64,000 nucleotides of DNA from Camelus dromedarius (GCF_036321535.1 NC_087447.1:44766001-44830000), one strand, 5' to 3'. Counted from the stretch's first letter, positions 22,591-36,600 are shown. The notes: a model not told the origin generated them from the letters alone. Numbers and translations: made by a program.

Positions 22591-22780
22591 CTGGATGACG
22601 GAGGCCAGTTCTTGCACCTGGGCTCTGTGCTGCTGCACAGTCTGCTTTCTCAAGGGCTGTGACTCCACAAACCATCCCCACTATCTCCTGCACTCCCACC
22701 GCCCTCTCTCTTGGCCCATTCCCCATCAGCATTTAAAAAGTTCTTATGGCTACTACACACACTCCCCCCAAAGCCAAATA

Positions 22781-22814
<34 letters not shown>

Positions 22815-22989
22815 ACACACCCTTCCTCAACCCTATGTTATTATTGCTAGCACAATCCTGTTTCTCTCTTTGTCTGTCTCCCTATCAAACTTCTGGAAAG
22901 TTTTGTCTGCACACCATGGGTCACTTCTCATGACCCCTCCCCACAGCCCAAAAGTCAACCTACCTAGTCAGGCGGTAACACCCACAATG

Positions 22990-24298
22990 CCTCCTAAGGA
23001 CTTCCTGTTATTGAATCCGAAGGATGCTGTTCTGTCCTTATCTGACTTACATGGGCAGAATTTGCCATCACTTATCCCACCCTGCTGGAAATTTCATTTT
23101 TTCCTTGCTTTCTTGTCTCTCTGACTGCTTTGTCTGGTCTCCTTCATGGACTCTCTTTCCTCTGCTTGGCTTTTTAAAAATTGGTCTTCCTCAGGGTCCT
23201 GTCTCAGAATCCCATTTCTTTTTATCTGACACAATCTCTGTATGATTTAACCTATTCCCATGGCTTCCACTATCTCCTCTAGACAAACAGCTTTCAAGGC
23301 TGTATTTCCAGCTCTTACCTCTCCCCTGTGTTCCAGAGCCTCGGATTCAAAAGCTTACCGGGCAACTCCACCAGTATATTTCACTGGCATTTAAACTCAG
23401 TGGGTTCCGAATGGAACGTAAAATCTCCTCATTCAAACCTGTTGCTGTTCCTTCGTTATCCTTCTCATCATATAGCACCAACACCCATCTGACCGTCTAA
23501 GCCAGAAAGCTGGATGCCATACCTTGACCTCTTCTTCCCTCTCCATTTCTAATAAATCATCAAGTTCTGTTGATTCGACTTCCAGAAGTGCCTCTCAAAT
23601 CCATCCAATTCTCTCCATCTCCACTGCCAGTACCTTCGTCAAAGCCAGCATCATCTTTCACCTGGACCAGTGTAATCTAGTAGCCTTTTAAAGTACCCTC
23701 CTCCCCCACCTCTTGTCCTCCACTCCATCCTCTACACTACAGAACTAATCCTGGCAGTACTACTGAACCTCTCAGTAATTCCCATTGCCCTCAGGATAAA
23801 ATCCACACCCCTTAGGTCCAGAAGGCTCTCTGGAAACCCCTAGGCTGGTCCGCATTCTGAATGTTCGTTATTCCTCTCTGATAGTACATGTCTCAGGAAC
23901 ACAGAAACTATGACACACCGAACAAAAGTGCCATGGATTTACACTCTGGGCATTTACATATGCTGTTTCTCTGTTTGAGATGCTTTTTATCTTTTTTTGC
24001 TCCTTCACTTGGCTGGCTTTCCCTTAGCTTTAGAATTTTTATTTCAATTCACTCTTCACCTCCTCAGGAGGTCAACTTTGATTTCCAAGGCTCGGCTAGG
24101 CCAGAGGGGCTCCTCTTCCGTGTTCCCACGCCCCCCCTCAAGGCACTTCCCACTTTCTCTGGCAATTCCCTGCCTACTTGCCTCTCTCCCCCATTAAACT
24201 GTGAGCTCCACGAAGTAGGAGCTGTGTCAGTTTTGTTCTACTCACGTTCCTGGTGCCTAGCACAACCTCTGATTCAAAAATACTTGTTGAATGAAAGA
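22990..24298 (+). mobile_element. L2 LINE remnant
   Basis: L2 3'-region wording ending tgcctagcaca...aaatacttgttgaatgaa; many other L2/MIR pieces are scattered across the window. Confidence 0.65.
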
Positions 24299-25624
24299 AC
24301 CTAGATGTAAACAACAAGAGGGGTGTGCCAACTGATATGAGAAAGCATGTAATATTTTGTGGGCTAAATAAATATTGAATTACAACTTATTCACACTTCC
24401 CCTTCTTGAACTTGGAGTAATTTTCTTCTGCTTAGCACTGTTCCCTCTCCTGGAATCCCACTTCTTGCTTGTTTACCTTCTAAACTCCAGCTTCAAGGTT
24501 CCCTCTGTGAAGTTTTCAGACTCCTTCTCCTTTGGGTGCTCACAATTTGGACCCTCCTGTGGGACTTCCCACACTGACTGTGATTTTCCTATTGGTTTTG
24601 TCTCCCTGCTGGAGACCTTGGGGGTGAGGGTCCAGACTGGGTCTAACTCATCCCTGTGTAGCCAGCACCTAGCCCAGGGACTACAATAGCAGGTGACTAG
24701 TAACCAGGAAAGAAGGAAAGAAAAGGTATGGGAAAGGGAAAAATATGACTTGAGCAAGGTCATCAAGAAAATGTGGATGTTGGCTGATGGGAGAAGTGAG
24801 AGTCATTTTGGGGACTGGGTGAGTGGAAGCAGTCTGGGGGTTGGAGGGGAAGGTCGCACAAAGGGATAGGGTGATGAATGGGGCAGCCAGGCTCTGGGCA
24901 GGAAACCTAAGGAGAGGCAGGTTGGAGAGGTGGCTTGGAAGGGAGTTGGAGACATGTTTGGAGACAGTGAAAGAAAGTGGATTTAGGGTCATGAGAACTC
25001 CAACTTGAGAGGCAAGGGGATTTGAAGGTGAGGGAAAGGGACAGGCAGCTCTAGAGAACAGCTCCCAGTCTAGTGTCCAGCCTAACTCCAGTTAGGGGAT
25101 CTCTTTGGGGAAGGATAGGGACTGAGGTGAGGGACACAGACGACAATAACTCTAACTTCCCATCCAGGCCTTCCAGAGTGCTCCCTCCCCACAATCAGTC
25201 CCCTTCTTTCCCCCTAGTCTTGTCTTCCTTTCTTTCCTTCCCCATTGTGGCTCCATGAACTGGATGCAAAGGGCAAAGAGAAACCTGGAAGGACTGGCTA
25301 GAGGAGCTCCTTGCCTTCCCATTGTATGTGTGGAGGAGAGGGCTGTGTGTTGGGCAGGGTGCTGTGTTTTAGGGGTGACCAGGAGCTCTGGGGGTGATCA
25401 GGAGACCAGGGTGTAAAAGGGCTCTGACAAGGCGGTGTGAAGCTGCGATTGAATTTTAGGAGCTGTGGGGGACCAATGTGTCGGGGTGGGGGCTGTTGGG
25501 GGACTGAGGGGGTAGGAACTGTGCAGGGAGAGTGTGGGCGTTTGAGGTGGCAGCAGGGGCATCTGTGGGTGTTGCGGGATGCAGCAAGGAGGAGCTTGTA
25601 GGGGGTGCTTAGGGAGGCACCCAC

Positions 25625-25778
25625 CTCGTGTCCCGGCTCCGCGGATGCGTGGTGGTTCGCAGGTGAGGTTGCCGGTGCCGCTGCCATTCTGGAGGAGGCT
25701 CCCTGGGCGGCACAGGGAAGCCCCCGGCCCGGGTCCGGATCCCCCCGGCACGCTCCGGTTCAGCTTTAGCAGCTCCAT
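25625..25778 (-). CDS. CCKBR: CCKBR exon 1 coding part (N-terminus)
   Basis: GCCATGG Kozak; MELLKLNRSVPGGSGPGPGASLCRPG...CEPPRIRGAGTR; GT donor at 25624; exon lengths 154+252+250+173+539=1368 nt (455 aa). Confidence 0.97.
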
Positions 25779-26163
25779 GGCCCCGGCCCAGCCGCCGCCT
25801 CCCTCCGCACGGCCGGGCGGGCTCCCGCTGCGGCTCCACCTGCTCGCGCCGCGATTCCCGCTGAGGCTCCCGCCCCGCCTGGTCCCCGCCCCCAACCTTG
25901 GCCCCTGCCCCTCGGCTCCTCCTCTGATCGCCCCGCCTAGGCTCGCGTCCCTCCCAGGCTCGGGTCCGCGGCTGTCCCGCCAGGTGACTCTCCGCCCCTC
26001 TCTCCCGCTCAGGACTTAGTCGCCCCCACCCCGTCCCCCACTCCCCCACACTGGTGTGACTGTCCTCCAGGCTCGCCCCCTCCCTAGAACTCTCCAGTCT
26101 TCTCTTCGAGATTGCCTTCCCGCCTACTCCCCTTCATCACCATCCCAGTTCCAGGGGATTCTC

Positions 26164-26165
<2 letters not shown>

Positions 26166-26211
<46 letters not shown>
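26166..26211 (+). repeat. (GT)23 microsatellite in CCKBR promoter
   Basis: Direct reading. Confidence 0.95.
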
Positions 26212-26213
<2 letters not shown>

Positions 26214-27652
26214 TGTGTTGGCGGGGATTGGAGAGAGGGTTAGGGGTGGTTGGGGAGGAGAAGGAGGGAGCGTAAGACGGGTGGGCGCGGCCGCCGGGGG
26301 GTCTAGCATCTTCCCCTGGTGGGTCGGGGAACCTGGAGGTGGCAACTGAGCCGGGTCGGGGGCGCGTGCGGGGTCACTGGCTGCAGCGCTGGTGCCTTAG
26401 CCCTCGCAGAGCGCTGCGGGCACCGTACCATGCCTATGCCGCAGTGGCTGCCAGTGTCCGCGACACCATCACTGGTAGTTGCCTGCAACTCCTCGCCGCG
26501 GGGCTGGGGTAGCCCCAGCATCTGCTCCCGCACCCCCACCTCCTACCTCAGGCCCAACACCCAGGCTTCCACCCAAAGCGCCCAAGGAACCCTCCGCAGC
26601 GGAAAAAGATGAGGAAGGGGCACCATTTTTGCCTGGGGAACTCTGGCAAGGGAAAGGGCTGCCTGGAGGAAGAGTGACTTGGGTATTGACCGGGGTAGCG
26701 GTGCCTGGGATAAACAGGGTTGGGGTGGGGTGAGGGTGGGGTACGGTTCAGTTCCCAGCCCAGCGCAGGCACAACCGGGGAGGAGGCGGCTAGCTTTCTC
26801 TGTGGTCTCCAGGCAGCGCCCACCCTCACCGGACACACTCCCTGTTTGCTCTCAACGCAGGTGGAGCAGCCTGTGTAGGAGGTCAGGTTCCCACGGGAGC
26901 GAGCTGAAAGGGCGCAGGAGCACTGGGGCGCAACGGGAACAAAACCGAAGGGGGCATGCGCAAGACTGCAGTGAGTTCAGCTCCTTGGGTAGCACTTTTC
27001 CTCTTCTTATATTTCAGCCCTGTTGATGTCATTCTTCTCCATTCCAAAGAAACTCCAGTATGACATGAAATTCCATTCTCTGGCCTCCAGCAGTAGCTGT
27101 CAGAGGTGGGAGTTATCAGCTAAAGAGCAGGTTAGACTGGGAATGAGGTCTGAGTTTATGGGAATTCAAAGAGTCCTATCCAATCAGAGTTTTGGAGAGG
27201 ACCTGGTCCAGCTAGCACTGAGTTTATAGGGGATGGGACATTGAAGGAGGATTTAAGCCTGAGATCAGAGGGAATGTCGTCACCCCCCCCCCCCCCATTC
27301 TCCTGGCACTGCCTGCCTTCCCACTAGAGCAGCCTGCTGTGCTGTTTATTCAGCTCCAGCACAGGTGAGACTTCGGATAACCTGCTGGACTTTTCTCACA
27401 TTGGATGATGGTAAGGTGTGGGGGTGGGGAAGCAAAGGAAACGTAGGGAAGAAAGGAGTGGAACAGGAGAAGTAGACAGCCATTCACTTATTCAGCAAAG
27501 TATGTGCCACGTATAGGGCTGGTACACCAGCTGTCCAAGACAGTTTGTGCCTGAGTAACTACTACTCAAGTGAGGGAAAATGACAGGTAAGCCAATGATT
27601 ACAACATATGGTCATAAGTGCATCCACAAAGATGCACAAATCAGAAATTTAG

Positions 27653-27761
27653 AATCTGAAAAGAAAAAAAATATGTATGTATATGTATCACTGAATCACT
27701 TTGCTGTACACCTGATACTAACATCGTAAAACAACTACACTTCAATAAAAATTAAAAAAAA
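27653..27761 (+). mobile_element. Short L1 3' tail with TSD
   Basis: ctgaatcactttgctgtacacctga...cttcaataaaa plus A tail; AGAAATTTAG on both sides. Confidence 0.75.
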
Positions 27762-27813
27762 AGAAATTTAGGAATCATCCTGAATGCCTTACTCCCTTAT
27801 ATGCCTGCACCCC

Positions 27814-28240
27814 TGTGGTGAAGGCTGCAACAAAAAGCCCAGACTCCTTCAAAAATGAAGATTTTTTTCTCCTTCTCTACTGAGAATGCTGCTGAAAGAT
27901 AGTTCTCAACTGTCAGCCCCTTTGGGTGTTGCCTGGGCTGAAGAAATCTGGCTCATCTAAGGTCATATTCCCTTCCTTGGGCATCTGTACCCAACAACTG
28001 ATCAGCAGAGAAGTATAAAGGTTCAGCTCTCTCACCCCAAGAGAGGACAACCCTGAAAGATGTTCACAGCTCCTCATAGGGTTGACTGAGGTCTTTACTG
28101 GGACTGCTCAACTTCTCCCTTTGCCCCATCTCACTTTTTTCCATCCTTTCTCTTACACAGGTGTTGACTCCAGGAGCGCTCCTTAGTAAACATCCTCCCC
28201 AGTAATCTCTTAGAGTCTGCTTCCTGGGGAACATAACAGC
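27814..28240 (+). mobile_element. LTR16-like ERVL LTR
   Basis: tgtcagcccctttggg...caggtgttgactcc...agagtctgcttcctggggaac. Confidence 0.6.
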
Positions 28241-28764
28241 CTCATTCCCATGTTCAATTAATCATGAAGTGCTGTTGATTTTAGCTACTGAGCATTCCTT
28301 GAATCAGTCTGCTTTTATCTCCACTGACATTGCCCCACTGTTTCTTGTACTATTCTCCCAGCCTCCTAAGTGGTCCACCACATTTTGATGATGCCCCCTT
28401 ATATCCACCCTCCACCTTATAGCCAGAGTGATATATTCAAAATACAAGTCTGATTATGCTACTCTTCTGACCTTGTTTGGGGGATAAAGAAGGACTTTTT
28501 ACAGAGTCTATGAAGCCTGCATGGCCTGGCTCCTACTGAACTTTCTAACCAGTGTTTCAAGTCACTACTCCTTGTTCTCTCCACTGAAGACACACTGTCC
28601 TTCCTTAGTCCATTTTGGGAATGTATGTCCTCCAGTTACATAGTTTCTGCACATTCTCTCTGGAAGATTTCTTTCCTTATCTAATTAACTCCTACTCACT
28701 CTTCTGATCTCAGCCTGAGGTCTCAGTGTTTCCCAGGGGTGTTTTTCCTGGCTTCCCCTCCTGG

Positions 28765-29415
28765 ATAGGCAGAATTACAAGATGACCGCCAATGACTCTC
28801 ACTCTTGTACGATCTCCTTCTCTAGAGTGTGGGTGGAACCTGTGAATATGATGAGATACTACTCCTATGTTTTATGGCAAAAGGGATTTTGTGGATGTAA
28901 TTAATGTTGCTAATCAGTGACCTCAATATTATACAACTAGTCCTAACTAAATCACATAAGTCCTTTAAAAGCCAGGAGTTTTCTCTGGTTGGCAGCAGAA
29001 GAGGAAGTCAGAGAGATCTTAAGAACAAAATTTGATACACTGTTGCTCGCTTGAAGATAGAGAGGGCCAGGAGGCAAGGAATGAGGATGGCTGATTGGCT
29101 TGAGGATGGAGGAGGGCACAGGACAAATACCTGAAAGTGGCCTTTAGCTGAAAGCCATTTATGGCTGACAGCCAGCAAGAAAATAAGGACCTCAGTCCTA
29201 CAACCACTAAGATCTTGCTAATGACAAGAATGTGCCTGGAAGCAGATTTTCCCCCAGAGCCTCTGGAAGAGAATTTATTCAGGCTGACACTCTGACTTCA
29301 GTAGCCTGATGATACCCTACCTGAGCAAAGAACCCAGCCAGTGAGCTACTACACGAATGTTGTTTAAGCCACCAAATTCACAGTAATTTTCTACAGTAGC
29401 CATCAAAGGTAACAC
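28765..29415 (+). mobile_element. MLT1E-like MaLR LTR
   Basis: taggcagaattacaagatg...ggacctcagtcctacaacc...ttgtttaagccac. Confidence 0.7.
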
Positions 29416-31949
29416 ACGTCTCATCTCAGGAGATAGCAAATGTAGACACTTGCAAGTCATGCAAGGAAGAAGTAGGGGCATTGGAAATTTGTTAAGATTT
29501 AGAAAGATTTGGAAAGATTGTAGTGGCCACTGGTGTGGAGGGCAACTTAAGGAGTGGAACCATGGAGTCCATGACAGTAATTAAGGTGAAAGATGACAGT
29601 AGCTTGAACTAAAGTCATGGAGGTAGTGGAGAAGATGGATCTGAGAGATATTTAGAAGGTAGAGAGACATAATTTAGAGACTGTATGTGGAAAGTGAGGG
29701 AGAAGGATGAGATTAAAACTGAATAATGTTTTTGGTAACTGGATAGGCATTGTTGGATAATCACCTACTACTATATTCCAAGCGTATTACCTTTAATCCT
29801 CACAAAGAACTACAAATTTAGGTACAACATTATTGATCATTATTTTAAATGAAAATACTGGCTCAGAGAGTGTTAGGAACTTGCCTAAAGCCACAAAGCT
29901 ACTAGGTAAAAAAGCTATAACTCAAAGCCAGGGATTTGGAAAACCAGAATTCAGGTGTTCCTAGTATGCTGCTTCTCAGATTGAGTGTAAGTTTTACTGT
30001 TATCTGGCCACTTTCTTTTTCTCATTTTATATTTTTTCCCCCAAATTTTCTTTACTCAAAATCTCTAATTTCTAGCACTAATTTAGTGCTGGCTATAGAA
30101 GGTCAGCCTTCCTGGGAACTAGAGTTTGTCTCTTTCAGTGCCTATTTGAACTTGAAAGTCCTTCCCCCTCTTTTGCCTGAAAGTAATAATGTAATGCTGC
30201 TGTCTGAATAGTTTTTACTGCTTGCTTTCCAAATAAAGGTTAATTATGATAATAAAGGGAGAGATTTGGGAATGAAAAAAAAATCTCTAATTTCATCTCT
30301 TACCCTGGCATGTATGTTTGTACCCACACGTATGTGCACACACAGACACACACACACACAAACACACACACCATCCTTCACTCACAACGAATCACATGGC
30401 CTCTCACTTCATAGGGAAAATTGTGGCTATCATACAGCAGCTTTTACCAGGGACTCCAGCCTAGTTTGGACATGTTAAGTTTCAGATGCCTCTTAGACAT
30501 CTAAGCAGGAATTCCAGTAGGAAGTTGAATATACAGGCTGTGCAAGAATGAATGTAAACCATAGAATTAATGAGAGAAGGTTGAATAAGAAGAAATGAGA
30601 ATCCATGCCAGAAGTCTGCAAAAGACCATTATTTCAAGGCTGGATGGAGAAAGACCAGCCTGTCAAGAGACCAAGAAGGAGCAGAGGGGTGGGAGGAGAG
30701 TAAGGAGGGCAAGGCATTATACAAGCAGGAGGGGAGGCGCTGAATGGATTCAAATGCTGCTCCTGGAACAAGGAGAATGAGGACTGAGAAGTGTGCTCTG
30801 AATTCAGTGACCTGGAGACCCTCGGCCATGGAATGGGCCATCTTGATGAAGTTGTAGAGGCAGAAGGCAGATCTGGTGTCCCTAACGCTGCACGTGACTG
30901 GAGAACATGGAGCAAGTCACTTTAGACCAGTCTTTTAGAAGAACAGTTATTAAGGAAAGAGGGTCATAACTAGAGGGGGATGTGGAATGAAATATTCTTT
31001 TTTGAGATGGAGGGCCTGGAACATTTTTGGGAGGCAGATGGAAATTTTAGGAGTCAAGATGGTTTGTTATACAGCAATGTATAGAAGAGACCGCAGATGC
31101 TAGAGAGAGAGAGAGAGAGAAGGAAAGGGAGAGAGATTGAGAATTACTAGGCAAGCTTCCTGAGACAAGACAGGGATGTATAGAACCCAGCACTGTGTGG
31201 TGTGTTCTAGCTTTTGATGGGAGTAGAGACTCAAGTCAGTAGAAGGGAATGGTTATAGATGAAAAGGAAATGTCATGATAACCAGATAACAGATGTATTT
31301 CCTAGACTTTCTTTGCAGCTGAGTGTGGCTTTAGGACTACCTTCTGGACAGTGGTTGTGGGTGGAAGTCATTACTCCCCTGAGAAGCTTTCCTTAACCCC
31401 ACCCCTCTGGGATAGGTGCCTCCTAAGCCATGTACTTCTGTAACACTGGCATCTCTCATTGCGCTAATTCTCACAGTTACATGTCTTGCAGCTGCCCTTT
31501 TACTTGTCTATATTCTAAGGGTCTGGCGCCTGTCCTTTTCTCTGACAGTTTCTCAAACCACTCTCCACACTACTCTCATTTCTTATTTTCTATCTTTTCT
31601 TTATGCTCAAGGCATCTTGAGTTGCTTATAGTTTCAAGGTGCCCTCTGTGTTGTTCATCATCCAGGTACCTTGCTCATACTTCTCCCCTCTAAGTGCAGA
31701 TAGGTGATAGAAGGCGAGGGCTGGGGCGTTGGTGGGTGTACATTGTTGCAAGAAGATGGAAGCCGAGGAATAGATTCAGTGGAGAAGGGGGACATATCAT
31801 GAGCCCAGGAGGAGGGAGGAGGGGATGAAAAGGCAATGCTGAGAGGGTCAAAGCTCATTTTTCAAAATCAGGAAATTCTATCTCTGCCAGGGATTAAGCC
31901 AACATTTGGAGAGAACGGGATTGCTGAGGGCCGAGAAACTCGGGGACTT

Positions 31950-32076
31950 ATTTATTTATTTTTAAAAATTGAAGTACAGTCAATCACAATGTGTCAATTT
32001 CTTGTGTACAGCGTAATGTCCCATTCACTCATGTAGATACATATGTTCCTTTACATTAAAGGTTATTACAAGATAT
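31950..32076 (-). mobile_element. Short L1 3' tail
   Basis: ttttaaaaattgaagtacagtcaa...; ggggactt on both flanks. Confidence 0.7.
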
Positions 32077-32262
32077 CAGGGGGACTTTAGATTAAAGCAA
32101 GGAGGGAACTGCAGAGTCAATGTGAGTAGCCAGAGGAAAGAGACAGAGACTGTTGTCCCAGAACAAGACAGAAACCTAAGCGGTTAAGGAGGCAAATGCC
32201 AGAGGTCCTGATGTAGGGCCAGGCTCAGTCTTCAGGGAAGCTGCCTTTTGGACTCAAGTCTT

Positions 32263-32442
32263 TTTTTTTTAAATTGAAGGATAGTCAGTTTACAATGTTG
32301 TGTCAATTTCTGGTGTACAGCATAATGTGTCAGTCATGCATATACATACATATATTCATTTTCGTATTCATTTTCATTATAGGTTACTACAAGATATTGA
32401 ATATAGTTCCCTGGGCTACACAGTAGAAACTTGTTGTGTATC
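32263..32442 (-). mobile_element. Short L1 3' tail with 15-bp TSD
   Basis: TTGGACTCAAGTCTT at 32248-32262 and 32443-32457. Confidence 0.85.
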
Positions 32443-33330
32443 TTGGACTCAAGTCTTGACCTGCCAAGGTTGTCAGTTTGGGGTTTTGTGTGTGTGTGTG
32501 TGTCTTTCAGGGGAGGTAATGGCCCACTTGCTTGACTCCTGTGGCTTCTGACTATTTACCTTTCCCTTGGGGAAGTCTCCGTCACCCACGCTACTGCCAA
32601 GGGTGGGCACATGATCCCTCTTTCAATATTCTATATCACGATTGTGATAAGAGGGGAATGTTTAAACAACACTTCAGTAAATGTTCAGGGGAAAGAACTA
32701 AAGAGAAGAGCACAAGGTGCCTAATGCACAGCCACATAACCTGCTGTGTAAGATGCTGCCTGTTCCAGGTAGCTTGCAGGTCCGCAAAACAGCAGCGCTT
32801 TACGTGGGAAACCCAGCATTCACTAGCGGTGCTGTGAGGGTCGTGGAACAGGCTCCACCTCCACACCCCTGGCTCTGACACACATGCAGCCAGTCACTTA
32901 GTCCTTGGGGACTGGCTCAGTCCCTCCCCTGTGGCTGAGGAGATTGCCATCTCCCCTCAACCAAGACCTTCTTTTCTCTGCATTTCTTTGCTCTGCAGAC
33001 ATGCTCCTGTGCTGAGCTCCTGCCCACATACTCCCTGCCCACATAGAAGGCCCTTCTCTTGGGGTAATTAAATAAAGAGGGAGTGGGCTGAGAAGACAGA
33101 CTGGTTGAAGCTAGAGCAGGCAGGGATGTCGGGCAGAGAAAAGAAACCAGGGAGAGGACCAGCCTTCCAGAACCTGGGGCTTACGCTGGGGAGGGCAGAG
33201 CACGCCTCATGGGCTGGGTCTCCCTGGATGGTTACACTTGGCTTCAGATGTGGGCTTTCACAAGCCAGGCAAGAGGGGCCTGGATCCTCCAGCTCAGGGA
33301 CTCACTTGAGGGTTAAAAAGGCCATGAGGT

Positions 33331-33470
33331 GGGGAGGGAGAGGGTATAGCTCAGTGGTGGAGCGCATGCTTAGCATGCTTGAGGTTCTGGGTGCAATCCC
33401 CAGTACTTCTATTAAATAAATAAATGAATGAATGAATGAATAAATAAATAAATAAACCGAATTCCACCAC
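33331..33470 (+). mobile_element. tRNA-derived SINE (camelid Vic-1 type)
   Basis: gggtatagctcagtggtggagcgcatgcttagcatg...ctgggtgcaatccccag with pol III A/B-box remnants and an (AAAT)-rich tail. Confidence 0.8.
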
Positions 33471-33471
33471 C

Positions 33472-33549
<78 letters not shown>

Positions 33550-33554
33550 AAGAA

Positions 33555-33585
<31 letters not shown>

Positions 33586-33666
33586 AAGGAGAAGGAGAAG
33601 GAGAAGGAGAAGGAGAAGGAGAAGGAGAAGGAGAAGGAGAAGGAGAAGGAGAAGGAGAAGGAGAAG
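33472..33666 (+). repeat. Compound microsatellite (AAT)16(AAG)11 AAT (AAG)11(GAGAAG)13
   Basis: Direct reading, at the SINE tail. Confidence 0.95.
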
Positions 33667-36600
33667 CAGCTACAGGGAGTCATCCAGAGAGAGGGCTTCC
33701 GGGAAAACATTTGAGTTAGGCTCTGTGAGACCTGTTGCTGAAGGGCAAAGCTGAGGACAACAGGCCAAGGTAACGAGACAGGAAAGGCAGTGCCAGACAC
33801 AGAGGGCCCATGCATTCTGGGTGAAAAGCACAGGAGTTTTCAAGCTACGGGGAGGGCAGTCCTGAATGATCCCAGCTGTTCCCGGTGCTGCCCCAACAGG
33901 TGCCTCAGGCTCCGACTTGGCACAACTTCCTCTTGTAATGTCTCTCAGCATCACTGCTGCTGCATTTTAGTCTTTATGAAAACATCTGAATAAGGTTTTT
34001 CACACACCAGTCGAGACCAGGGTTCTGTCCCCGAGATTCCACTTCTCCCTGGGAAATTCTCCCAGCTCTACAAGGCAGTGCCATCCTGAGGCCTGGGAGG
34101 GAGCTGGAAGGAGGGGCCGGAAGGGGAGTCCTGCGCCCTCTGCTGGCCAGATCTTGCATTGACAGCACAGCCCTGATACCAGGGGCCAAGCAAGGCTGCA
34201 CAACCTGTGTGCCCCAGGGCCCTCAAACGCATGAGCTGCTAGAGAGGAAGAGTAACAGTCATAACTATTACTCATTACTAAGCAGTTGCTGTCGGCACTG
34301 GGAGACAGTTTACATTCATTATCTCTTTCACATTTTAAGTCTCCAAGTTTTTCTTTCAACAACCTTGAAAGATTTTGTAGGAGGCCAAGAGTCCCCTAGA
34401 GAGTAAGTGGTGTTTCAGAACTAAAATCTGACTCTGACTGGCTACCAGCACCTGACTGCCTCCAAATGCTTTCCCATCTGTCATGCTTTTAGGCCAGCCT
34501 CATACTTGCCCTGATTCAGGCCATGCCCTGACCTGAGCTCCAGCTTGACCTGATCACCCATCTCTGAGCCAGGCCTCAAGCCAAACTCTAGTTTCAGCCC
34601 TGAGTGAGAATCTACCCTCTTTACTTCCTTCTCCTGGCTCCTAGTGTTTGCATCAGATCTTCCCTGGGTTGGTTGGCCCCTCTCCCTAGGAATCTGATTT
34701 CCTCCCATGCTTGATACTTTATTTCCATTTCTCTTTGGGGCTAGCAGCCTAACCCACTGAAAGAAAAAGGTGAAGCAGGGTAGGTGGAAGAAGGGGAGTA
34801 GCTAACTGGGAACACTGAGCACATCTCAAATCTTAGCCAAGCCAAGGAGTCCTGAGGTCAGTGACCCAAGGAGGGAAGTGGGTGAGGCCCTAGGTCCCGC
34901 AGGAGGGAGAAGAGCTAAGCCAGAAGCAGCTGGGCTCTCAGAAGGAGGGCGCTTGAACAGTTTTTGACACCCCTGTGGGCATCTAGCAGTGACTCCCCCA
35001 CTCCTGCCCTCCTCCCCCAGCTGCATGTGTGCGGGCAGAGGGCTGGAGTTGGCAGTCCTTCTCCAGATCAGTGGGTGGTCCCTTGTCTTTGGCTGCAGCC
35101 CTGAGATCATCACACTTCAGCACATTTGGGCAGACTTGCTGATGATTCACAGGCTTTGCTCTGCATCCCGACTGGCTCCTTCTCCTCTGGTTACTACCTA
35201 GTTCTCACAGTTACTGCATGCAACCATCATTCTTAAGAAAGGAAGGAGCTTGCCTAGCCTTGGCCTCAGGCTGAGGCAGTCCCTTTCCTTATCTTCCTAA
35301 AAGAAACAGTAAGACAGACCTAAGAAAACCTTGTAAATAAAAAAACCTTGGAGCCCTGGTTTTTACAAACAAAAGCTAGGACAGAGAGTTTCTGAAAATT
35401 CCTATTTTTGACACTTAAAAAAGCTTTAAGTCTAGGGGATACAAAGATTTAGGTACTTTCTTATGATGGGAGGAGGGATACAATGAACAAAACCCAAATA
35501 ATACCTCAGTGAATTTTCCTGCCACATATGTAGGTACTTAGCTTAGTGACTGATCGCAGCAAACAATATTCTTTGGATTAAAAGATTATTTATTTTGTTT
35601 TTTGTTTTTGTTGTTGTTGTGATTCCAGCAACTTAAAATTGTGTTTCCTTCTGCCCATCCTGACCCAGCTGTATTCAGCTTGATCTCAAATTGTCAAAAC
35701 ATTGTCTTCCACACAGGAGGGATGTCAAAAGGACCCCGACATGATATTGCTGATATGCAAGATGTCTTCTGGTGTGGTGGCTCTGCCAGGAAGAATTTGA
35801 TCTCCTCATCCTTGAAAAGCAGAGGCAGAACCAGATGCATCCCTGACCCCAGAGGAATTTTCTTTCTGCATCCATAGTAGGCAAGGTGGCCAGTTATCAC
35901 CCTCCTTGTGCTGTAGACCAGGATTCTATGGGGGCGGGGGTGGGGGCCACATGTTCTAAGAGAGCCATCTCTTGGGACAGGTGTGCACATTGTAGTGTAT
36001 CAATGAAAAGCTTCTTCTTGGCTCCCTAAATCCATCAGAAACCACCAAAATGGCCTTCATTACATACCCACCCATTCTAGTGCAACATGATTTGAGGGCA
36101 GAGACAGTAGGAAAACCTCTTGAGAAGTTGACAGACACCTTCCTTCAACATTGGGCCTTTATCTGCTTCAACCCCATTTCTTTGGTCGCCAAGTATCTAC
36201 TTGGGTACTTACTATGTGCCAGGCACAGTTTTGGTCCTGTGGACACAGTGACAAACCAGACAGACCCAGTGCCAGCACTATAGATATCATAATTTGTGAG
36301 GAAGCTATTCACAAAATAACCACATATTTTAAAATGATTTAATATGCAATCACTCTCCTAATCTCTCCTGACACCTTGGCTCCTGGCACAGCCTCAGTTG
36401 CTATGACTATTTTAAGAGGTTATGTTTCAAATCCTTCATGTCTGAGTCCATTTATGTCACCTGCATCATATCCAAAAGGTTGGTCTGCTTTGAGGGCACC
36501 AGTAGCTCTGGGGAACGTCTTCAGGGCCACACATCAGCAGATGCTCCCCATACCTCCCGCCCTCACAGCACTGAAGGCCCTACCCTACGTTGTCTTGTAC

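Larger units (their letters stand above)
25600..26960 (-). promoter_or_regulatory. CCKBR: CCKBR CpG-island promoter
   Basis: High CpG/GC with multiple GC boxes spanning and upstream of exon 1. Confidence 0.85.

Noticed and set aside
25779..25895. N-terminal extension of CCKBR shown in the ORF track
   Set aside because: Starts at TTG; the strong-Kozak ATG at 25778 matches the known N-terminus
33340..33410. Possible tRNA gene
   Set aside because: Degenerate B box and stems, followed by an AT-rich SINE tail; it is a SINE head
33351..33815. 154-aa ORF with FS/F/L runs
   Set aside because: Translation of the microsatellite
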